From Antedon mediterranea (Eukaryota > Animalia > Echinodermata), in contig NC_092680.1 in the NCBI RefSeq assembly GCF_964355755.1, positions 21,647,045 through 21,711,044 of the forward strand: 64,000 bases of DNA, in the 5' to 3' direction. Under the pieces are notes generated by a model. It did not search any database. It had not been told where the DNA came from and saw nothing but the letters and a program-made list of their open reading frames with translations. How positions within the stretch are numbered: position 1 is the first letter of the stretch; the number at the start of each line of letters is the position of its first letter. The translations under genes and the position numbers were made by a program. Below are positions 38,642 through 53,906 of this stretch, piece by piece.

Positions 38642-40019
38642 TTAACAAATATTGTTTTTTTTTAAATTTAAATATCGTAATTTTATTGACCTATGTGTGT
38701 TATATGTGTATACAAAATTCAAAATTAATAGTTTTTCTAGAAGTAGTCGTTTGTGATTTATAAAATGTCACTTTAATCTCAACACCACTGGTAAACTCGT
38801 CCAACTTTGTACATTTTATTTTACATCATGTAATACAGTATAGATTTTTGGTCTAAATAATGATGATTCTTTTTTTTTTTCATTCACTTTTTATTATTTT
38901 TCTGCCCTTGTTTCGTTTTGTTTAGGCCTATTTAAAACTTATCTACGGTAACTTAACTGTGATATTATTATTCATTCAGTTTTTAACCAATCATGAGCAA
39001 GTGAATCATTAATAATTGTAGTCAATAACTATAGTACAGTTGTTATTATGTCACATAGACTAAACTTATCGTATATTATGCAATTAAAATTTATTGTAAT
39101 GTTCTTCCTCAAATATAAAAATAGATTTGTAAGGACTTAGCTGATATTGTATCGGATGCCGGTGGTGGTAAGTTTATGTGTTGACTGTGACGTCATCGCC
39201 AAAAACAATACTGTAACCAAAAGAGACTCGTCACGCAATCAATTATCTTATCTATTACTCTATATTGTCTAAGAATTGTTTTGTCGTTGTTTTCATATTG
39301 TATATTCATTTGGTTTTGATACGGTATTGATTTTACCGTTTCTTCATTTTTCATTCCAGTCCTGGAGGATTTTTTTAAAATTTTTTAATAAGCATTTTAT
39401 TCACAGGAAACTATTGTGTGATACTCGTTGTTTATGAGATCTTATTTAAAGTATTTTTAGAAAAAAAAAACTTGTTTGACACGCACGTGGTTGTGATGAA
39501 AGGAAATTGTTAACAGATCCAAGTAGTTTGTTGATGATGCATTTGTAGTCAAGGAAATAATATAAAGATGAAATGATGAAACACAGAATGTTGAGGAAAT
39601 AGTAACATACCTTAATTAACACATCGTAAATTCCGTTTATTTATATAGGTGTTCTTGGCATATCCATAAAGTACCAGTCGTCCTTGCTATGTGACTCACT
39701 TAGTTGAATATAATGTATAGTTAGTAGGTCTAACCGTTATTTGTCTTATACTTACTTAGGGTAGCGCCCAAGCTTAAGTATGATATGCTGTGTTTATTTA
39801 ATAATTTTGTTCTCTTTGTAGGCCTCACTTATGATGTGGTAATGATCAAATTGTATCTAAATGTTTTATTACTGTTTAACATGCGGATGACACAGTGTAA
39901 CAATGGCGTAGTGAAACGTAATGAAACCAATTCTAAGAGAGTCGATGTGACTAATCATTTCAGATAAAATATTAAAGAAGACCAAATAAATTACCGTTGA
40001 AGGTTTCCCCTTAATCTAA

Positions 40020-40158
40020 AGCTTGGTTCCCACAAGGACTCAACATGAATGTGTACTAAGCGACATTTCGGATGATACGTCGCTTCTGGTTGGTCGAATT
40101 ACTTGCGTTGTATGTACGTCATAGCGGCACGCGCGCGTCCTAGTGATAAACCAACGTT
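40020..40158. mobile_element. MITE family B relative
   Basis: taa|agcttggttcccacaaggac...gtcctagtgataaaccaacgt. Confidence 0.55.
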
Positions 40159-40840
40159 TATGATCATCATTCTCCTCCTGATCCTCGGCACATATAACTA
40201 TTATCATCGTTACTGCCTGCATGCTATAGGCCTACCATAACTAGCCATCGTCAATAAATAACAACGTACTCATACTGATTTCGGTTTATTTACATTTTAT
40301 TCATAATTCCATACAATATAACAAATTATTTTTATTGTTTCATACACTATACTAATATTTTTACATTCAAATCAACACGTGGTTACGCGGCGCAAAATAA
40401 CTTTACACATTGACAATACATTATTATTATTATTATTGTTATTGTTATATTATTAAATAGAATCATCTTCTACCAAAATAGATAACGCACAAAGCGTTTT
40501 TCAAATTAAACGTTTATTTCTATATCAACGAAATAATGACCTAAAATATACAAATAGATATAGTAAAATATTTTTATAGTATTTAGTAAAATTTCATGTT
40601 ACAGAATTATATATTCATTATGTCATTATTTTATATATGTTATTATTGTCAAAACGACAAGGTGTTTGTAAACAATCAACGGTCATCATTATTCGTAACT
40701 GCTAACAAACGTTTTAAAAATGTTCGTGATACGTTTAATGTTTTCTCTATTTATCCATATAATGCACTTGAGTTTAAAGGTCATGACGCATGTGCAGGTT
40801 TGGTTAGCAAATTGCACTTGACATCATTACGTAATTCATT

Positions 40841-40927
40841 TCATACAGTTTGTTGCATCTGAGATTGGTTGTTAGGTGTTGACGTTGTTATTGACCCCAC
40901 ATAAAGTCTGGATCGCATAGGCCATTT
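40841..40927 (-). CDS. TCF24: TCF24/TCF23-type bHLH gene, terminal exon
   Basis: Acceptor ttttcttttggcag then KWPMRSRLYVGSITTSTPNNQSQMQQTV*. Joined in phase 0 this gives GYLHPVKKWPMRSRLY, the conserved TCF23/24 C-terminal motif. The intron is about 7.1 kb. Confidence 0.87.
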   Translation of the reverse strand, partial: KWPMRSRLYVGSITTSTPNNQSQMQQTV

Positions 40928-43900
40928 CTGCCAAAAGAAAAAAGAACAATAATTTAGGAAGAGATAATATATTATGGAAATAAACAACAAAAAATATAGA
41001 TTCAAATCATTTTTTTTTTCAAAAATGTATACTTTATTAATTATATTCAAAAATACATTTAACAATAATAAGTGTAAACATATATCTGACAAATACGTAA
41101 ACCGCGACACAAATTAAAATTATTATTTATATATCAATTTCCAATAAGTTTGTTATAATCTCTACTATGAATGTCCAAATTACTTTGTAACATGTCATCC
41201 ACATTATATTCTTATAATAATTCTTTTAGTTGTTAAAGTTAATAATGATTTAATATTTTATTTAAAAAATGTAGTTCACAAGGATTGAAATGATTTAACA
41301 ACAAATTAAAAAATATGTTGAAAATTAATGTTACTATATATTACTTATATTTATTGATTTTATTAATAGTAATTAAATATTTTAAAAGATGATGAAATAA
41401 AAGCTGGGCATCCCCACATAAGACACAACAAATGTCGTAAACAATAATAATGTCGAGTTATCCGAAAACATGTGGCTAGCTCTTATATTGGATAAACAAG
41501 TAAATTGTGTTACATCCGTCGCCGCCGCCATGATGTGCAACTCAGGCCAGCGAACTCAAACGCCTAGTAGGGGTCTAAATGGTTCACAAACCACTCACCA
41601 CCATAGTAAAAACAGTCAAACAAAATGGTTATTTTATTTAAAATGTTGAATAGTATCAACGAATTTTGTAACTTATTCGTATATTTTACGAAATTAAAAA
41701 GGCTGATTTAGTAGTTAGTCATCTGATGAATATCATTTTAATATAATTGATTGATTTTTTTAGTATATATACGAAATATACGAGATATAAATGTTAGTGT
41801 TAAATATTAAACTCATGTCAACCGTACTTTTATTATTACTAAGTTAGATGAATTTCTTTAATTCATAACCATAAGCTCTCAAAATAAACGAATATTTAAA
41901 TTTCTTCAAATTTTTAGGCCTACAGAAAGAAATTAAATATATACTGTATTACAGTTTGAATTCATTCATTTGAGCAATGTTTATCGCGAAATGTCGTTAA
42001 ACTTAAAAGTTAATAAACTTTAAAATGTGTTAAATTGAGATCAATAATGGTTCATTTGACTTTCTGTTCCGATCGTGATTTTAAACATTTTCAAAATGTA
42101 AATGTAAAGTTGTCTTACGAGTAGTTTTGGTTGACATTTATCTTTATTTTTTTTATTTACCTGGCTTTAGCTTTATATTGTTTGAATAGTTTTCGTATGA
42201 TTCATGCATCCATATTGTTATAATGCAATGAAAACTTATAATAGACGTTAGTGTTCTATTATATTTTAGTCTGGTAGTAGATTCATGTTATGAATAATGT
42301 CTGTAGATTTGAGTTCATCTTTTCATGGTTTAACGAATTTAACTTTTATACAGAAATTTAAGAAATCTGCAAAAGTCTATGTATAATGTTTTCTTTCGTT
42401 TTGTTGTATCTCATAACAAGAGGGTCTATATTTGATTTCACCAGAGTCAACTTTACCAAACGGAAACTGTTAATCGGGCGTACGTTATTATTCGTAAATT
42501 GGACGAATTATGTTGATACAATCTGACCGAATTCCATCGTCCTGTGGTAAAAAGTGGATCAGCTTTAAATATCCCTGAAAACGGGTTCGAATAGGGTTAG
42601 TGTGTCAGTGAAAGACCAATGAAGAAATAGGAATCATTATATACTTAAGAAGTACCGTAGATTACGATAAAATATTTCTGTATGGCTTCATTAGTATCTT
42701 TATTTGTCTCTAACTTATTTTCACGGGTTTTTTTTAGGTAAAATTGTATAAAAGTTTAAAAGATTTACATAACAACAGCAATTGAAATTGAAAGGGGAAA
42801 AAAGAGAAAAATATTCTATATTTTGTTTTCTCTGAAAAGGTGTACGTACGTTTTTACTTTGTGGCCTACACCTATATAATTATCTTATTTCTGAAGAAAT
42901 TGATCTATGGTTGTTGTAAGCAAGCTGAGTGTGAACGAAGATTATCTAGTAAACCATGCAATAGTTGTTTTAAGTTTGATTTTTGTCATCCAACACCCAC
43001 TGCGAACCGGCACGATATGCACCTTTTAAGTGACTCTTTTATTACCAATTCTGATAGATCATATCCATGGTATGTATAACGCAGAATGGACGCCACAGCA
43101 AGATGGTACTGTGGTCCAGTACGCACCTGTTCGTCATTTCGCGATCGTCTTAGATCTTGGGAGACAGCTAAAGTTCATGATCGCAGGTAACCGGCTTGAG
43201 GGTATAGTCATTTCTGACGTCACAATCTTTACATGTTCCGAAACATTTTCTATGATCAAAATATTGACTCTTGCAGCTTTTGCGGTCGGTATATTCAGCT
43301 TAAAATATCTTGGTTTGCTTCTAAAGTTTCTGGTAATTATTCTGAACGTTGCGTGTGGCAAGGGTATAGCTCATAGATCGGTTTGATTCATGGAATTAGA
43401 GTTATGCTACTGAATTTTATAAATAAACTTATCTTTCATTACACCTAAATATAAAGTTTACATAACACATAATAAATATGCCGATTTATTTTTACTTATT
43501 TGTGGAAATGTACTGCGATACGACTGATATAGTATTGACTGTCCTGAGCGTCAATGGTATTTTCCATATTAGTACAATCTTTACTGTGGGCCACGATTTC
43601 TTTCTTAAATGTTGTGTTCCATGTTTCATTTATCTTTTTCTAATGCTGTACATTTTTTGTTTTTTTTTTTACCGAAAGCTATTTTTCGTAATTTCTTTCT
43701 GGCTTTTTACTTTATCTTCTTGACTTATAGCCTTTTCTTATTTTATTAGTATCTCCATTTTCCCCCAGTAATTTACCTTTGATTTTGGTTCTAAATTTAA
43801 TCATTCGTGATTCCCTCACCTTTTAATCAAATTATATCAATAATCATGTGTCGGAAATAAATCTCCAAAATTATTAATTCAATTAATTTGTCCATCCTCA

Positions 43901-46900
43901 ATCTTCCCTCAAGATGAGGAAGAAATAAATAAATTACATCAAAACGACAATTTAAAAAAGAGAAATCAAACCCAAATATAGTAGGGGCTTAATTACAGTT
44001 AAACGCTTTTGTTAAAATAATATAAATAGGGCCTATATATTTGTTAAATATTACAGTACTTCACACCGACACATATATCACCGTTCACATAATTTATTTT
44101 ATAGCTTTCTTATTTATTAAATTAGCTTGTTTGATTAGCCATGGTAAAAATTAGGAGACATACAATAATTTGTTCAAATCAAATGTTAGGCCTGTAAACG
44201 TAAATAAATATATATTTTTAAATTCTATTTATAGAAACATATGGTTCAACACCTGCTTCAGTTGACAATAATATTAATTAATATTATATTGGTGTTTGCA
44301 TTGTATTTTTAGTTTAATTTCACACCATGTGATATTTTGTTTTCTTGCACTTCAAGTTCTCAAGTCATTACATTGTTCCTGACTGTTTGATGTTGTTCTC
44401 CAATTCTTAAATTTCTCAATCAAAACCAGTAAATGGTTGTAGCCTATTGTTCTTAGTGAGGTTCCCAGATGAGGTATACTCCCTCAAGCCAGGCTTGATG
44501 TTATGCACAGTTTAATTAGAAGCCCCAAGCAGCGTTCTAGCCCCGCGAAGCAGTTTCTCTACCGCACCTGTACGTCCCTGGCCAACTGGGCCTGACGTAC
44601 CTAAGCCTTGGGTACGTACACTTGACCAGGTTTCCGTGAGTTTATACCTAGGCAACGTTAGACCACGTAGCCAAGGGCATTTTCTCATGATCAGTCTATT
44701 TAGGAAGTTCAAAATTGAGCATCCGAATGTTTTTAGTTGGCCTACTAAACATACCGGTATGTAAACAAACATTAATCAAACTTTATTTCCACAGATACCA
44801 CAATACAATATAATATTAAAGTGAAAAGGTATAATATGTTTTACCATTAAGTTATCATTAAGTAAATAACATTAAATGCGACAATAAAAAAGATATTGGT
44901 TATTTTGAAGACATATGTAATATTCAAATTCTAAAACATGCAATTATTACGAAACGAAAATATATAACTTTGTTTAATGTTTAATTTTATGATGATTTCA
45001 AATTTTTAGTGTACTGATTCACGTTTTACCATTAGAAGAAAATTTATGAAATAAGAACGAACTTAATGTTTTCCTCTAAGTGAAAATAACCAATCACAAA
45101 TTTTACATGTTTTGATAATTAGTAGGTCTATAATTGAAACACTGATTTATTTTACAAGTGTTTTGTACTTTATGAAAATAGCGTTTTAACAAGCGTATAT
45201 TACTTTAACTGAAAAGTTTTTGAATTATTTTAGTAGACAGTAATTTTATACAATAGATATAATTGTTTTTTCTCCAAATAAAAACAGCGGAATGTTTTGT
45301 TTTAAATTATTGCATTTATACTATTGTGTGAATGGGTTACTTCTGTGGTGCAATTTGTCTTAAAGATGTACCCTCAAGATAATTCACATGTCACATTTCG
45401 TGTAGATTATAGAAAAGAAAACAAATTAGACTCAAGCACAGCTAATAATGAAATGTTCAACCATTCTCCTAGGCTTATTCCGACGTATGACTTTCAACTT
45501 TTACCGGCGGGGTTGAAGCAATCGTTGCCGCGGGAGTTTTCTCAAGAATTGCATGGCACCCTGTAGATTAAAATTGATATACAATACTGCTATAGGTGTA
45601 GGCCTAGCATGTCGGCTTCCCCCTTATACATCCTACCTAAAGCTGTTACTATTCAGACGCTTAAAATAAACACAATAAATGAAACTACTAGGCTAATTTA
45701 TCTACTGTACTTTTTGGTCACGTGATGTTTTGCAACAGTTATTGTCCAGTCGATTGTGATTTTTTTTTAAATGGCAAAAAATTTACATAAACAATTCGGC
45801 CTATAAATATAAATACCAGCATTTGAATGAAGAAAACAAAACGCAGGAAAAAATCATTTAAAAATAGAATAAATGATGAATAAAAAAAAATATGATGTAG
45901 GCCATTTCGACAAAACTCTTGTGAACTTTCAGAATACTAAAATACAATCTGAAAACCAGAAATATTTGGCCAATTTTGCACTCCAGATTTGTTATCTAAA
46001 TAAATTAAAAATGTAGTGTAACATGTCCTAAATCTCTTTGGTAACAAAAGCCTCAATTTAGGCCAATTATCAAACGCCGATTATCTGTACGAGTTTCTAA
46101 TGGATATGTGGATATTTACCTTAAATTTAATTATAATTTAATCATGAATTTTATAACAACTACGTTATTTTATTGACTACGTTATTCATAAAAAGAGAAT
46201 TTGAACGGTAAAGAGTTGGTTTTTAAATAATTAAATATTTGTTCCGTTAAAGATTTTGAACAGGGTATTTTGTTTAAGGTAGCATTGTAGTGCGTTTGCA
46301 GTAAATTTTGTAATATATTTTACTGTAAGAGAAAATGAAACTCCGTTATTTCTTCTTTGTAATAAACAAATTAAAAACTAGATAAGAAATTGGAATAGGC
46401 GAATATCAACAGTTACTTAACTTATGATTAAAACTGATTAATTTAACTATTGTTTTCAATTGTTTAAAAAAATTTAAATCACACTATTGGATTGTGGTTT
46501 TAACGAATAAGTGGTATAAGGTAGGCTAGGTACAATTAGGAAGGAGTAGTACTCCACGAGACGTAACACGCGGTATACCACCATTTTTGACCTGATTAGG
46601 TGTTGTAAGTACGTGCTTATTGACGGTTTAGAGCCAAGGTAAAGCGCTTGTAACCACTCATATTGTTTTCATGGACAATTCGTGAGTTTTGGTTAAAATT
46701 TGTAATAAGACTGATTATATTTAACGCGTGTACAAGATTAATTTGGACAGTAACAATTAATTGTTACTAGTTTCTCTATAGGATCTTTAATGTTTTAATA
46801 TGGTAACTAATTTGACTAGCCGTCTATTTAGACTCAACCCAGTGCTGATGCTCTTGTAGCCTAAGTTTAATGGAACCACGCATTTCTTTATTTGGTTGTT

Positions 46901-48027
46901 ATTTGATTTACATTTCATATGTATCTATGTATTTCATTTGTTAATCAGCACTAACGAGAGAACAGTGTTTTTATAAAGCTTGCCATTTATCTCTCACTTT
47001 TTGTTGACTTTTAGCTTATTTATATTGAGATCCAGTCACTCTATCACACATCCTTGTTGCTTTTTAATTTGATTTCAGTTTTAACTTTTTCTTATTATAC
47101 AATTGTAGACTATGAAGCTATACGATAAGACAATCAGTGTTGTTTTAATTGACGTAGATCTCTTGACGTCATTTATTAGTGGTGTACCAAATTAGTTACA
47201 AACACAATGTTGTGATGGAATAAATGATGATAGCTGTTTCAGCATCAGTCATTGTCACTCTAATCGTTTACTTTCCAGTTGTTCAAACTCGCCGTTTCTT
47301 CACCAACGGTTGTTTTTTAATGTCGCTCTTCCCTCTGTTTTGTTGTTTTATTTTAACGATCCGTTCACTGATATTACTTATGATGACTTTGGATCAAAAC
47401 TTTTAGATTATCTTTACTTCACCGCCAATCACGTTGTTGTGTTGTCTTAAGCGATGTTTTCACTGTCATTAATTAGATGGTGATTTCAGAGGTTTATTTG
47501 TGTTATCAAATCGTGCCTCAAATATCAGTAAACGTTAAAAATCTAAACCAAGATATTGGTAATATTCTCATATTAGCGAAAATAACTGCATTTTATAAGT
47601 GTTGTGTTTTTTAGCCAATCTTTTTAAAATGTTTTATAAGTTATGTTTGTCCGTTTAATTTTTATTATGAAAGTAATATTAATTTTGGAAATTATGGATA
47701 ATGATTTAAAAAATACATTAATAATATCTAACACTTTAAAATTCCTAAATTATTTCAACAAAAAACAAGATACACATTACATTGTAAGTAGATTTTACAA
47801 AATAAGAATTTCGATATTGATGTGGACTTTCTTTACCGATGTTATTTTTATTCCAAGTGTTCGTTTATTTTGTCATTTTTCTTTTAATTACTTATAATTT
47901 AGAAATGTTTTAACAACTGAGATGCCTAGCCGTACATTTGGTCAATTGAATTAAATCATTGCATTTTTATTACATTTTTTTTTATTTTTACAAAACAAGA
48001 ATACAAAAAAAAATATAAAGTTCTTAC

Positions 48028-48447
48028 CTTGACCGGATGTAGGTAACCGTTTGCTTGTAACCGATGTTGTCTTTCAGTGTCGTGTAATTTGTCTCCACTT
48101 TCCATATCTAACGTTCTCATTAAATGAGCAATATAAGTTGTAGCCAAAACTAAGACATCTAGTTTAGATAGTTTAGTATCTGGCGGTACAGATGGCAATG
48201 TCCGTTGTAGATCTAAAAACGCGTCTCTGAGCGTCTTAACGCGGGAGCGTTCACGCGCAGCATTAGCTCCTACAGATCGTCCTTTCTTTCTTCCATTTTG
48301 CTGGTCCTCATCTCCACTACTTCCGTCATATGTTTCTTCGTGTGTTATCAGTTTTCTAGGCCCTCGTTTACGACCCTTCTTTGGTTTTCCTGCATCCTCA
48401 GTATGTGTTTCATGTCTCTGTACATGGGTTATAGCTGTTTTTGTCAT
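48028..48447 (-). CDS. TCF24: bHLH transcription factor of the TCF24/TCF23 type, bHLH-containing exon
   Basis: [53 protein letters not shown]...GYLHPVK followed by the donor AAG|gtaaga. An additional upstream exon is possible because tag|ag precedes the ATG. Confidence 0.9.
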
Positions 48448-49376
48448 CTCTACAGCAGGTGATTATGCTACTCCGGTTCAAAACACAGTATGCTCAATGT
48501 TTAAAATGACTCTTCATAAACTTATACGCAGACTGTTTAAACTGCTAAATAGATTATCTATTTTTTTGTGCTTTTTTGTGAATAAAATTTGGAAGAATTG
48601 TTTTCTTTCTTTCCGTCCTGTAGTTTGATTCAGAATTAGTTCATAAAAGTTGTACTCCATGGTTATTAATAATTTCGGGTTAGCCGCTACCATTCTCAAG
48701 TAGGGGTATTAATTGTCACCAATAATACATTTAGAAATGCTGATACCAGTACTTAATATGTGTTAATGCGTTTGTTTGAATTTTACATTTTAAATAATTA
48801 CGTTTGACTATTTTTTGTTTTTAAAAGTCTATAATTTATTTATTTTAAGTTTGTTTTTGTTAATAAATTTTTTTATCAGAATGTGTTTCTTAATTGAAAA
48901 TGGAACATTCCATTTTGAAGCTATGGCTTGTTTTCAGTATACAGTAAATACTATTCCTCAACGAATGAATTTACACTTTACTGATACTACCATGTGACTT
49001 AATACATTTTGAATAGCAAATTGTTATCTTTTCAAAAATTAAACTTTAATTTAATGTTCTCGTCGTGTTGTATGGTCGTAGGGTAGTATCCGAAATACCA
49101 ATAACTTGTTTTCATTGTTTTTCTTTTATATAAAAGTACTGTATAAAGACATGTCTATTAATCAAGCAAGTTGGTTAAGCACCTTAGCCCGCTAATGATC
49201 TCACGATATCCGGTTGGTTTTGATTTATGGTAGTCACTCTAGCGAAACGCAACTCTATGCGGTTCCTTACATCTTCTTGTTGTTGGTATTTTCCTTAAAA
49301 CATCAAGTTCAATTTATCTAAAACCTATTATAATAATACGAACGTACAATATTCTGCATTGCACTTTCAACATTAA

Positions 49377-49684
49377 AGATGTATTTTTGTCATCCAAAAA
49401 CCTGAAAAATGAAGATTAATAAAATCAGATTTTAAATAGGCCATTTTGCAGTTTTAATAAAATTATTCAGTATTCTGTAAAAAAAAAATATTTCACTTTT
49501 AAAAATACAATAGAAATGTTTAATTTTAACACAAAACCATTGTCTGCGTTTAATGACATTTTTTTCAGGTAAATAATTGGTCAAGATCCAGTTCTTTGTC
49601 AAAGTGAATCACTATTATGTGAAATTAAAATGGTAATTTAAAAAAAAAATGAACATAAAAAGTTTTTTGGGGGACAATATATCT
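49377..49684. mobile_element. Family C element, inverted copy
   Basis: ttaa|agatgtattt...aaaaatgaagattaat...tttttcaggtaaata...ggggacaatatatct. Confidence 0.7.
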
Positions 49685-51401
49685 TTGTTTTATAATGTTT
49701 GTGTTTTTTACTTTTTCTGTTGATTGTTCAGCGCTTTAGAGGCGGCTTGCATTTTGCGCTATGTAAATTGAGCATTATTACAGTATTATTAATTTTTAAC
49801 GCGCGTCATATTTTTGTGCTTGTTCGTTGGCGATGACGTCGTAGTGTTCTCTGATGATAACTAATGATAAAAAAAAGCCTTCTGCCAAAATACTCGAAGA
49901 TTGAATAGAAATACTACAGGTGGATCGGCTCTTGGGTGGACCATCTGTACATGGTAGGTGAAAGCCGAACTACCTCACAGCCTGGCATGATGTCACATTC
50001 CGACGACACTATACTTTAGTATTCTCCCACGTGACACTATAGCCAGTGGCATAATACTTAACACTAACTTTAGGCCATACATGGAAACAACACAAACCCT
50101 GCAAACCACTAAAAAGGCACCGTGTGACATTCACACGATATCCGATTGGCTAGAGTTGCTGTAGGGGGACAGATTGGTCATTTTTGTTTTTACATGTAAA
50201 CAGCTGTTGCTATTTACCAACGTTCTTTTAATGTGATACATCGCACATTTCTTTAAAAGTATTTTTTGTTTATTTCTATTCCTTCATCTTTTTTTAAAAA
50301 ATTTCATGAAAAATACCGTTAAATATGGATTTTAAAAAAAAAGAATAATAGGCATAATAACCTGGAAAGAGGTTATACCTCATAAAAAACGTTCAAATGC
50401 TGTTTTACGAAATTGTAGAAAAATAACTGTAACTGTAAATTAATTGTATGTAGGCTACTCTCTAGATATTCCTTTCAAACAAGTTGGAAGAATATACTTT
50501 GATTCAATTTCAGTGGTAAGAAAAAATTTGAAACATTTAATTTAATGTTTCATCCTATGTAGATTTTCCCCAAGTCTCTAATTTGTATTTTTTTCTTTAG
50601 TAGGTCCACCAGTCGCCGCTTCGATTCGACGCAATATGTTCCAAAATATTTATATTGTTACTAATATTAATTCGAAACTCAGTCTTAAACCTAGACTACA
50701 TCAATATGGTATGCCGCAATAATTTTACGTTACCATGAAATGTTACTGCTCGTCACCAAGGTGGACTATTGAGGGCAGTTTGTATCTTGTAACTTGATGA
50801 CGTCTAACAATTCGTGAACCACCAATGGGCAGTGCAGCGCCGCATTTGTATTAATTTGTTACTTTTTATAAATATTTGATTTGGAATTGAACTAACTTTA
50901 GAAAAACGTACAGTCAAGCAATATCTCAATGAAAGTTTCAGCTTAGTTTAGGAGACGGTGAATGTACAGGAGGGTGAATAGGTAGATTGGGTGGGTTGAG
51001 TGTTGGAAAAAAGCGAAGTTGGATGTTAAGCATTGATAGTGCATACATTTGGGTCAATCTACCAGACTCCTTTTTTTTAATGGTTTCATGTCTGACATGT
51101 AAAAAAAATTAAAAAGTTCGTCAGACTGGAACCAGTTTTATCTGACATATCTATATTATATAATAGCAATAAGCCAAAATGTGTTTCTCTATCTCCTAAA
51201 ATAGACACTGAAATATAAAGAATACAGTATGCCTGTTAAATGTATCTTCATTCTAATATAAATTCTGTACAATGTACCTCTCGGCACTATACATCCATTT
51301 AGATGTGTGTATACTGCATTGTACTACTATCTTTTTGATTCCCGAACCTTAACATCATTATAAAATGGTGCCGCTTCATTGGGCGGGTAGCTACGGTACT
51401 A

Positions 51402-51402
<1 letters not shown>

Positions 51403-51474
<72 letters not shown>
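51403..51474 (+). repeat. (ATT)n microsatellite
   Basis: About 23 perfect ATT units. Confidence 0.97.
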
Positions 51475-51475
<1 letters not shown>

Positions 51476-51905
51476 AGGAATTAGAACTTGGAGGAAGTAG
51501 TTAAGCATAATGTTTCAATACAGACCCTACCCATCATGGTTGTTCTTTACTTGGTAGTAATTATGTAAGTGCTTCCTTATTCGACACAACTTCCGTGTAA
51601 ACCAATAGTATAATGAACTATAAGGAGTATAAGTCTAAATAAACATTTGGTACATTCCAACAACACACACCAAGTATAATGATTGTATTATATTAAACAA
51701 CTAACCGTGTAGAATAATAGAATGGGTAAATAAAATAAATCGCATAAGTGATTTTGGTAAAGTAAACTGAATCAGCATAGACCTTTATAGATACATGGTA
51801 TCAGGTAAAGCAACAAATTATAGGTCGAATAACCAAATGAAGCAAAATAAAAGATGTAAAAAGCAAGGAATACTTGGTACTCGTCGTCGTCAAATCAAAC
51901 TCTGA

Positions 51906-52100
51906 TCAGAGCGTGGCTTCTCTACAAACAGTATTCTGAAACCGTCTCCTGTCTTCTATCAACCTACTTGCTTGCACAATAGAGCCAAACACATCTGTTA
52001 TAATCTTTTCCCATTTGCATCTTGGTCTTCCTCTTCTTCTCTTCCCTGGAATGTAAGCCTCCAACACTCTCTTCTCCATTCCATCAACTAATAAATGTTG
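51906..52100 (-). mobile_element. 3'-terminal remnant of an RTE-clade LINE ORF
   Basis: EKRVLEAYIPGKRRRGRPRCKWEKII...IEDRRRF matches the G-K-R-x-R-G-R-P-R-x-x-W...DR C-terminus of RTE reverse-transcriptase proteins. Confidence 0.75.
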
Positions 52101-53906
52101 AATTATTATTATCTTTCCGCTTAGGCCTAATGTTACCAATGTATTAAATACACCAACTCAAAACGTTATTCAACGCTTATATAAAACGGTGCGTTCTAGC
52201 ACAATACAGTTAAAAATTACATCGACATTTTAAAAAAAACTTAGTAAAAACGATCAGCAAGTACATTTAAGAAGTATATAGTCGTTCTATACATCTCCAG
52301 TTTCTAGTTTATTGCTTGAATAATCTTGTTATTTTATATTTTTTCTTTGATTTAGACCAATGAATTTGAAGAAGAGGTAACATAACATTATTTATGATGA
52401 TCAAAGCAAAATTTAAAAATATATTCCAAAATTGTAAATACAATATAAAGAAAAGACAATAAGATATTGTGAAATACAGTTTAAAACAGTTTATTGTAGA
52501 TATATTAAAAAAAGTTATTAAAAAATATTACAGAAAAATAAAATGTACCATTTTAAAATATATATATTTATATATACAAACATACAATTATTTACAATAT
52601 ACAATAGTACATTTGTTAAGAAAATACATATTCTATACATTCATTAAAAACAAGACAATGTATATTATACAAATCGGGGGGAAAGAATTTAATTTTTTTA
52701 AGAAAAATGACAATATATTGTTAAAAAGTAATTATTCATTTGACTCATAAAAACAATAAAAACATTTTGTAATATATAAATAAAATATTTTGGAGCTATT
52801 AAATCTTTTTCCTTATTATGACGGTATAAAACATTTTGTTAAAAATAACTTAAACAAAATATGCTCTTAACAATATGGTACGTGAACCGTTTCAACAGTT
52901 CGATGACTATAGATTAAACACAATAACGTGTGTTCAGTAGTAACAGTATACTGCTAATAAAGGCATTCATTATTTCTTATTTAAATTACTTTATTGTTGA
53001 TAGTTCAGATCTATAAGCAATTCTTTACAATATACCGAGACCTTAGTACATTATTTTGTATTTAAAATACGGTATATAATACTAACGATGTACACGGAGG
53101 AGGAATCAGTTTAATTTCCCCATGATAAACCATAAACACAATGTATACATTATTTTGAGGAAGAAAAACCAAAATATCTGGTTTGTTATTGTTTGCATTA
53201 GTGATAAATTATTTATTTTTAAATTTGGTATAGATTTTTAAGTGTATATTTACACAATATGTTAGATACAAGTGATATTAGAATGGTCATTTTCTACGAA
53301 TATGATACGAATAGTAAATAATTGTCAATAACTTGCTGTGAAAAAACGAAACACAATAAATTGCGAGTAAGCATACTGGTTTAATTGCGTGTCCTATTAT
53401 GGTAACATTACAAGACTTATTTACATTTCTTTGCCGCTAGTCTTTGTGATTTAAGTTCTATGGAACAATTTAATAATGCAGTTATTATACACTTTTGTAA
53501 TACACATGTTTGTTAACAGGGTGACGATGACGTCATACCAATGTTTGTATCAAACATCGACTATTTACAATTCACACTGTTATGAAAAAAGGGCAATTTT
53601 TGTGGAATAATTTTTAGACATAGAGAAAACAGTTATTATGAATGGTTACAAAAAACAGATAGCAGAGTTCAAAATAGAATAGTGCAACCCTGATATGACT
53701 CTCATATCAATATATTACTTTTGTTTTTGTTTTCGAGTCCTTTTTTCACTCAAAAACGAGTACTATCCGTATACGTGTTATGATAAACTGGATTTCGACA
53801 GTTTTATTGTCGATTAATGTCAATCCAAAGTTATCTGCGTCAATCTATAAACTACATATGGACTTTTAAAGTCGAAGAATGTTTATACATTGGTCTATTA
53901 TTATAA

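Noticed and set aside
35300-40000. Short ORFs in the DDX43-TCF24 intergenic region
   Set aside because: Low-complexity AT-rich translations with no recognisable motifs or consistent exon structure.
51299-51508. Poly-isoleucine membrane-protein ORF
   Set aside because: It is the translation of the (ATT)n microsatellite.
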